NCBI GenBank assembly: GCA_045106235.1
Contig: JBGCEJ010000013.1
Location: 70,179-134,178, forward strand
Source of the DNA: Myxococcota bacterium
GTDB taxonomy: Bacteria; Myxococcota_A; UBA9160; UBA4427
Direction of reading: 5' to 3'
DNA length: 64,000 bases
Translations under genes and position numbers: made by a program
The notes under the pieces: model-generated
What the model saw: only the letters and a program-made list of their open reading frames with translations
Database searches by the model: none
Told to the model about the DNA's origin: nothing
In this document: positions 36,987-45,600 of the stretch, piece by piece
Layout of the letters: every line of letters starts with the position of its first letter
Numbering within the stretch: the first letter of the stretch is position 1

Positions 36987-37462
36987 GCAAGAATCGACGG
37001 ATCTCACTCGGCACATTTTTTCCCAGACGCGCAAAAGCCCGCGACTCGGGGAACCATCTGGCCCGACCGCCATCAGAACCCGCTGGGCGGCAGCCGAATG
37101 GCATCAAAGCCGCAGTTTTAAAGCGTTTTTTTGTCTTTCCGAGGCAGAGTTGACGCAAGGATCTCGCTATCGTGTGGCCCGCTCTGACGGCCCGGATCGC
37201 GCCTGCGATTGCCGACCGGGAGGCGTCTTGCGAACTCAAAGAACCATCGAACTCGTCCCCACCCGGCCCGGCCGCCTTCACCTCGAAAAGCCCTGGAGCT
37301 GGGCGTGATCCCGCCTCGCATAGCGATGCAAGACAGGATCGCCCGAACCGAGAGGATTGGGCGACACGTTCATCCGAGTCATCGCAGGCCGGTAAGGACG
37401 GAGCTCGACTGCTTTCCCTGGGCGCAACTCGTCCCGCACCCCTCGGAGAGTTCAACTCATTC

Positions 37463-39565
37463 ATGCGACGACGAGTAATTGCGACGATGCCCAGGTTGCG
37501 CCCCGCCCACGCCTACGCCCACGCCCTCCCCTTCATACATTCGCTCCGTGCTGGAGCGCTGGCCCTTGCTCTGATCGTTGGCCTGATTGCGATCGTCGCG
37601 GCCCCCGTTCGCGCGCAGCTTCTCCTGCTTCCAGAAGACAGCGCACCGAGCAACTATCCCGTCGGCGCGCTGGAGCTCCAGTACGCCGAGCCACACCCGG
37701 ACCAGCCCAGCCTGGGCGAGATGCTCCCGGTCCGCGTTGAACTGACACGCACGCCGGAAGGCTGGGTCGCCCCGCGCCCCGGCGCAGACACGAAAATTCT
37801 TTCAATCGGCGGCCCGAATAGCCCGGTCGTCGAACTGGATGCGAGCGGCCTTGCCCGGGTGCTCCGCGTCCTCGTTTCGGAACTGCATGAAACGGGGCTT
37901 TATGGTGTCGATGTCCGTCCCGCGAGCGAAGACATCGACCTCGAAACCGAGCGCGACCTCCGCCCGGCGGACCGAACCCGTCTCGGAATCGTGATCACCC
38001 TCGGCCGCGTGAGTCAGGTCCGCACGATTGCCGTCGGCAGTCGAGTCAAAGGCGACTGGAAGATCGACAACGATCTCCACGAAGCCGTCCGCGAAGACTC
38101 TCCGCTCAAGCCGCCGGGCATCGGCGATGAAGACACGACCGACCTCCTCAACCGGCGCAGCCTCGAAGACTACCTGTACCGGCTCAATCGCTACCCCGGC
38201 CGCCGCGTCGAAGCCGCGCTGTCCCCGGGCACCGAGCCCGGCGAGGCCGTCCTCGACTACCGGGTCCTCGAAGCGAAACCTTGGTTCGTCTACGCCCAGA
38301 CCACGAATACCGGGACCAAGCGAACAAGCCCCTGGCAGACCCGAGTCGGCGCAACGCATCGCCAGCTCACGAATCGCGATGACACCCTCTCCGTCGAGTA
38401 CTTGAACGCCGGCGGGAACGACGTGAACGGCGTTCGCGCGAGCTACCAGGCCCCCTTCTTTGGTGCGAAGCGGCCGGGATGGATGAAGCGGCGGGCGGGC
38501 GATCCGGAATGGCTCGAATGGCTGCCCCGAGAAAAGATTCCGTGGTGGGGTGTCGACCGCCTGCGCTGGGAAGTCAATTTCGGCTGGAACAAAGCGGAGT
38601 CTGACCGCTCCTCGACTTTCTTCGACCTCTCGAACGACCGCGTCACAAGCGAGAATTTTGAGTACGGTGGCCGCTTTATCTACGAAGCGTTTCAGTACCG
38701 CGATTTCTTCGTCGACGTCTGGAGCGGAGTTCGCCTCCGCCAGCTGGACGTCGTCAACCGCCTCCGAGAAACCGTCAGAGGCGAAGTCCTCTATGTGATT
38801 CCGGCCGTCGGCCTGCATGCCGAACGCATCAACCAGCTCTCCACCCTCGGCATGGACGTCTCGATCCAGGGCGGGATCACCAGCGCAAACGATGGGGATC
38901 GCGACACCCTGGGACGCCAGGACAGCGATGGCGATTACGCCCGTCTTGATTTCAACCTCGGCTACTCCGCTTTCCTCGAGCCGCTCCTCGCACCCTCAAA
39001 ATGGCGCGACCCTTCGACCGAGCTCTCCTCGACCCTCGCCCACGAACTCGCCTTTAGCTTTCGGGGCCAGTACGCATTCGACTACCGCCTCGTGCCGCAG
39101 GCGAGCCAATCCATCGGCGGCCTCTACAGCGTGCGCGGCTTCAACCAATCCTTTGCGGTCGGCGACACCGTCCTGATCGGATCCGTTGAATACCGCTTCC
39201 ATTTGCCGCGGGCGTTGCCCGTCGCGCGCCAGCCCCTCCGCATCCCGCTCCTCGGACATTTTCGCGCTGCCCCGCAGCAGGTGTACGGACGGCCCGACTG
39301 GGATCTCACCTTCCGCGCCTTCTTCGACGTCGGGCGAACGATCCGAAACGATGTCCCTGGCAGTGGCGGCACCGTCGAATCGGCCGAAGTCAATCAGACT
39401 CTGCTGAGCGCCGGCGTCGGCGCGGAGCTTCAGATTCGATCCAATATCAGGGCGCGCCTCGACTGGGCGACGCCGCTTGACAGCACGAATGGTGCCGATC
39501 GCGCACGCCGGCGTACGAAAGCCGGCACCAGCGAAGTTCATCTTCTTTTCAGCATTTTGTACTAG
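37463..39565 (+). CDS. two-partner-secretion outer-membrane transporter (TpsB; ShlB/FhaC/HecB family)
   Basis: Signal-like AGALALALIVGLIAIVAAPVRAQ. The Omp85/TpsB loop-6 motif is present in GGLYSVRGFNQ. C-terminal beta-barrel ends ...VHLLFSILY. It is immediately upstream of the TpsA gene. The track ORF starts at 37172; the internal ATG at 37463 is more plausible. Confidence 0.85.
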   Translation: MRRRVIATMPRLRPAHAYAHALPFIHSLRAGALALALIVGLIAIVAAPVRAQLLLLPEDSAPSNYPVGALELQYAEPHPDQPSLGEMLPVRVELTRTPEGWVAPRPGADTKILSIGGPNSPVVELDASGLARVLRVLVSELHETGLYGVDVRPASEDIDLETERDLRPADRTRLGIVITLGRVSQVRTIAVGSRVKGDWKIDNDLHEAVREDSPLKPPGIGDEDTTDLLNRRSLEDYLYRLNRYPGRRVEAALSPGTEPGEAVLDYRVLEAKPWFVYAQTTNTGTKRTSPWQTRVGATHRQLTNRDDTLSVEYLNAGGNDVNGVRASYQAPFFGAKRPGWMKRRAGDPEWLEWLPREKIPWWGVDRLRWEVNFGWNKAESDRSSTFFDLSNDRVTSENFEYGGRFIYEAFQYRDFFVDVWSGVRLRQLDVVNRLRETVRGEVLYVIPAVGLHAERINQLSTLGMDVSIQGGITSANDGDRDTLGRQDSDGDYARLDFNLGYSAFLEPLLAPSKWRDPSTELSSTLAHELAFSFRGQYAFDYRLVPQASQSIGGLYSVRGFNQSFAVGDTVLIGSVEYRFHLPRALPVARQPLRIPLLGHFRAAPQQVYGRPDWDLTFRAFFDVGRTIRNDVPGSGGTVESAEVNQTLLSAGVGAELQIRSNIRARLDWATPLDSTNGADRARRRTKAGTSEVHLLFSILY

Positions 39566-39643
39566 TCCGCTTCACTCGCCCGAATCGGGCGCGCACAGCC
39601 GAGGAAACGCCCCGCAAGGGACACGCTCGGCCAGAGGATTTGC

Positions 39644-42600
39644 ATGACGACCTCAAGGGAAGCCACTCGGCTCGACCGAGCCCTGGCCCGTATCCTCATT
39701 TTCGCAATCGCGACGATGAACTCGCTGCCCGCGATGGCCGGCGATGAATTCGACGATGCGAATAATACGCGCTTCGACGAATCCAACGTGGCCCTGGACA
39801 ATACCCAGGCGGGCCAAACGATCTTTACGATCGACACGGACAGCACCACGATCGAGTGGCAGGACCTTCAACAGCCCGAAGACAATCATCTTCAATTCAA
39901 CTTCACGGAGACCGACGGCGGCGCCCGGGTCCTGAACGTCTCGCGCTCGATCAGCGCAATCGCCCTCAATGGGCGCACCAGCAGCAACGGCATCGTCGGC
40001 TTTGCCGGCGACGCGGGCCTTTTTATCAACGGCAACGCCGTCATCGACGTCGCAGGCCTCGTCGCCATCGGCAGCCAGATCTCGGCGGAAGATTTCGCAA
40101 ACGGCGAGCGCTTCGATCTCCAGCTCTCCGGCGACATCACCAATCAGGGCGTCGTGACCGCCGACGGCAATATCGTCCTGCTCGGACGTCACATCACAAA
40201 CGAGGGTCTCCTCGAATCGGGCGAAGGCAGCGTCTTGCTCCTCGGCGCCGAAAGCGCCTCGATCAAGAACTGGGATTCGCTCACAGAAGATTTCCTCGGG
40301 CAAAAGAATCTGTTCGGCCTTCTCGGCGAAGGCACGATCACGAATAGCGGCCAAATCGAAAGTCAGAACGCCGCCCTCCTCGCTGGACGCGTCGTGAATC
40401 AAGGCGAGATCGAAGTGCAGGACGGCACGCTGCTCGTCGTGGGTGCCGACGCGGTCTACGTGAGCCAGTTCGACAATCCCGTATTGATTCGGCTGCCTCA
40501 CCGAAATTCAGAGCAGGACCAGGACGCTGCCGAAGAAGGACAGGAACCGGAATACGCGATCGAAAATCACGGCACGATGAAGGCGGGCCTGGGGCATGTC
40601 CGCCTCGCTGCTGCGGACCCGCTCGGCTTCGGCATTCGGCAGGGCTCAGGAACCGGTGAACGCCGCGCCGAGATCGCTGCCAAAACAATTGATATCGAAG
40701 CCGGCGAAAATGGCCGCGTCCAAATCTCGGGCCGCATCAACGCCGACGCAGAAGGCAAGCGTGGCCTCGGCGGCGACGTCAATATCACCGGCGAGATCAT
40801 CGCCCTCGTGGACGCCGAAATCAGCGCCTCGGGCAAGGGTGGCGGCGGCCAGATCCAGATCGGCGGCGAGCAACAAGGCCTCGGCGAACTACAACGCGCG
40901 CGCAGTGTGATCGTCGACAAAGACAGCACCATCCGCGCCAATGCGAAAACGAACGGCGATGGCGGCCGGATCGTTGTCTTTGCCGAAGACCTCACTTCCA
41001 TCGACGGCCGACTCGCCGCCCGCGGCGGGAACAAGGGCGGTGACGGTGGTTTCATCGAAACCTCGGGTCTCCTTCGTTTCGCGATCTCAACAACACCCAA
41101 CCTCGAAGCGGACGCGGGCAAGGCCGGCCACTGGCTAATCGACCCCTACAATATTCGAATCGGCGCTGACCCGGCCCCCTGCGCAGGCCTTGCGGACACA
41201 AGCGCTTGCGGAAGCTTCAACGCGGCCATCGACGCGATCATCGCGCCGAACTTCGACAGCACCGGCTTCGACGGCATCCTGCGCACGGTCGTGCCCAATC
41301 CCGATGTGATCGGCGACGAGAACTTCGTCTCCGCCGACTTGATCGAGCGCGCGCTGGGCATCGGCGTCGACGTCACCATCTCGACCCAGGTGTTCGGCGA
41401 CGACATGAACGATGACCCCACCGCCGGCGACATCATTCTCGACGACGCGATCTCGATCATGAGTGCAGACGTCCGAGAAGGGACGATCGCGACGCTCACG
41501 CTCCGTGCCGCAGGCGACATTCTGATCAATAACGCAATCGAAGTCTTGTCCGGAGGCGACCGCTCGAATCTGGCGCTGGGCGTTTCTCTCTTTGCGAACG
41601 ATGCCGCTCAAGACGTTTCCGATCGCGACTTCGGGACGGATCTCGTTTCGGGTGATGTGTTGATCGACGCCAATATCAGAACGGGCGGCGGCGACGTTGA
41701 CCTTTCGGGCATCTCTGTGGTGCTGAACTCTGGCCGGACGATCGACACGGATGGCGGTGCTGTCCGCATGCTATCCGGCACCCTCGACGCGAACCGAACG
41801 CCCACCAACCTCGAACGCCAATCCGATGATCCCGAAGTCACGGATCCGATCGACGGTGTAGGACCGGCAGATCCCCTCAACCCGCGCATCGAAATCGCAG
41901 GGCAGATCAATACCGCGCGAGATTACACCGACGCCAACTCGAATACGGACGGCGGCAACATCGTGCTGAGCGCGAGTTCGCTGAATGTCGGTGTTCGTCA
42001 GCGTGGCGACGACCCACTCCAAGTCGTCACCGGTCTCGTTTCCATCGACGCCGCGAGCACCCTTCAATCTGGCGGCGGCGATATCGCCATCGCAGGTGGC
42101 TCAGCCTTTGACGGAGCGACCTCGAATTTCTCAGGCAACGTCGATATCGATGGCGATCTGATCTCTGACGGCGGCGCCATCACCATCACAGCCAATAGCC
42201 AAGATCCCCGGAACGATACCGGGAGCTTCGCAGTGACTTACCTAACCGACACCCGCTCCCCCGGCGACGAAGGCGGCGTGATCGACCTCGATGGCAACAT
42301 TTCGACGGACGGCGGCGTGCTCGTCATCGGCAACGACACCGCACTGAGCATCTCTCTCGATGGTGACTTCGACACGACCTCAAGCGACGTCGAAGAGAAC
42401 GGCCTCGTCCGAATCACCGCGCTCGACACATCCGCCGTCAACATTGATGACGACCTCTTCGGAAATGCCTCGGTCACCCTCGGCGCGGAAGCAGGGACCA
42501 CGATCCAAACCGCGGGCCTAATTATTAACACGCGCGACTTGGTCACGGGCGAGAGCGGCGGCGGGAATGCCGTCGACATTACGGTCTCGGGCGATTCCAG

Positions 42601-45600
42601 CGAAAACGATGATGCCCTCGCCACGACGACAACCCTCGCGGATGGCTCACTGCAAACGACACCCAACATCGCGACCGTCGGCGAGGCCCAGCTCACGGGC
42701 TCCCGCCAGGTTACGTTCAATCCCGACACAGAGATCACCGCCGAGGCCGTCCGTATCATCGCTGCCGCGGACCCCCTTCAGCTGAACAATGACGAGACTT
42801 CGGGCTTCGAGCGCGGAAACAGCGAGACACGCCTCCGCTTCGTGGGCACCAGCGGCGGCGACGCCAATGGCGTTCTGCTCAACACCGATCTCGTCGAAAT
42901 TTCGGTCGGAAACGGAATCACCGAAACAACGGATCTCACAAGCACCGACCTCGGCACAGACGCCGCCCCGACGGACTTCGGCCTCGAGCGGCTGGCCGAA
43001 GGCGATTACTCGGGACTTCAGCTGCGCAGCTTCGAATCGGATTCGGAGCGCCCCGAGGAAATCTCGATTCAGCAAGACGCGGATCTCACCGTTTCCGCCG
43101 GCGGCCCCAGCGGCCCGAGCGAAATCGATTTCGCCGGCGCTTTCGGGGCAACTTCCATCGGCAGCGAGGGCATGCGAACGACCCTCGAATCTTCTGACGG
43201 CATCCTCTCGGTCCGAGACGCAGCCGGCCTCAATAACACCTCCGCCTTCGTCGACGAAGACAACGATGCAGGCCAAAGCTACGTCGTTCTGAACGGCGGC
43301 CTTGCCCTCGCAGCCACCGAAGGCGCGGCCCTTCCTGAAACCGTCGTCCTCGGAAACGGAGTGGGCCAGGCACTTGGATTGGGCGGGACGACCGCCCTTG
43401 ATGTCCGCAGCCTCGCGCTCTCGACCCCCGGCGACTTCACCGTCAGTGCAGTCGCTGCCGACAGCATCGACGCCGCAACCGAACTCACGATCGAAACGGG
43501 CCGCCGAACGGAACTCGATGATGCCGTCGAATCGGGATCGCTCACCGTCGACGCCAACGTCTCCCTACTGGCTTCCCTCGGGCTCGCGCTGCGTGCAGCG
43601 GCCAGCGGATTCGGCGACCTCGTCTTCGCAGGCACCGGAATCACGCTCTCCTCCGACGAAATTGAGCTGCGTGCGGGCGCCGGCGAAGCCACTCAAAATT
43701 CCGACAGCGGCACCCGCTCCGAGATCGAGAATCTAGCTTCGAATAACGTCTCTCTTCGTGACGGCAGCGGCGGGATCTTCGGCGATGGCGCTTCTTCCGC
43801 GACTTCCTTCAGCTACCGACAAGATGACGCCATCAACGCCGAGATAAGCCTCCCGGAGATCGAGCAATTCGGCCTCGTCGAGACCGTTGGCTTCCGGAGC
43901 GAGGGCGACGTTGAGTACAAGGTCCGATCTGATTTCGGCCAAATCGACCTCGACAGTGGCGACGATGCCGCCGATGCGGACCGTTTCGAGAACGCTTCGA
44001 TCTCGCTGATCGGCACGGAAACCGGCGGCGCAGACGCCATCGCCATCGGCGACAACTTCGTCTTCGAAGGCAAGCGCGTCGAACTCGGCGGCACGGGCAA
44101 CTTCACCTTCGACCAAAGCCTCGCCACCGCGTTCAATCGCGATGGCAGCGACGCCGACCAGGAAATCACCCTTCGCGCCGGAACGGGCGAAACGGGCAAT
44201 CTCGATTTCAACCGCGGTGGCGAGAGTTCAGTGCTCGTCAAAGCACCCCGCATCAACTTGGTGGCCGGCGACGGCGTTTCACCCGGAAGCGGGACAAACT
44301 CGGATATCAACGTCAACAACGCTTCTTTCGATCTCGCCGGCCCCGGCGGCGCACTACAGACCTTCGTTTATCAAATCGACGATACGGCCTTCCGCGTAAG
44401 TGATCTGCCGGACGCGGACCAATTCGTCGGCACAGGAAACGCGGCACTCCCCGACGTCCTCGCGATTCGAAACGACGTCGGAGCGCTGACAATCGAAGAC
44501 TTCGACGTCGCCGAGCTGCCCCTCGACCTCACAGATGACCCGGGGCGCCTCGTCCTCGAATCCGACTTCATCACGCTCTCGAGCACGGACGGCTCGAATC
44601 TCGAACTCACGACCAACCCGAATCTCAACCTTCGGCTCCGCGCCAACAGCCTCGTGCTGGAGGCGACGGAAAACAACAACGACCTTTTTGGCGACGCCAA
44701 CAACGCGCGCGTCCGGATCGACGCGCGCGCCGGCGACGGAACAGATCTCACCGGAGATGACGCAAGCTTTTCGGCGCGCTCGCTTCTGATCGAGGCCTTT
44801 GACGAAGAGGCCGAGGTCGCGACCGCCGCCAACCTCAGCTCCCTGTCGGAAGACCCCCTCGACGAGAACGCATTCGACCTCGCCGAAGGCCGCGCGCCCA
44901 CAACGATTTCCATCCGACAAGACGGCGCCGTCTCATCGGGCGAGCTCTTCCTACAGACCTCGGTCTCAGGCCTGCTTGGACGCGTCCTCGAGGATGACGA
45001 AGACGAAGAAGCCATCGCGAGCAATTACACCATCGAATCGATCCTCGACTCCGTCACCGTCGCCGCAGAAAACGTGAACGGCAGCGCGCTGACCCTCCGC
45101 GCGGATGTGGAAACGGATATCGATACCGCGATCACGCTGAGCGCGAGCGATTTTGTGCTCGACAGCCTGAACGCCAGCACGGAAGACTCCATCCTCATCG
45201 AAGACGGCACTTCGATTCTCGCCGACAAGACGCTCACTCTGAGCGCCACCACCGACGGTTCCTTCCCGGAGGAGGAGACGACTGAGCCCTTCGGCCGCAT
45301 TGTCTTTGACGATGCCAGTGGCGGCACGACGACACTGGCCGCGAACCAGATTCAGATCACGGCAGGTCCCGCCTTCGCCCTCACCGATCCCGATGCGGAC
45401 AACGACGATGAACGAGATGTGATCGCCGATGCGCTGCTCCCGAAGATCGATTTCAGCGGACTCGCGGGAATCGCGGTCGCAGGAGACGGCGCCGACCCCT
45501 CTCTCCGCATCCAACAGAGCGGAAGCCTCAACACTCTGACCAGCGAGGGCGATTTCGTCTCGGCCCTCCTGGCGGGCGGCGGATTCTGGGACGAGACCGA

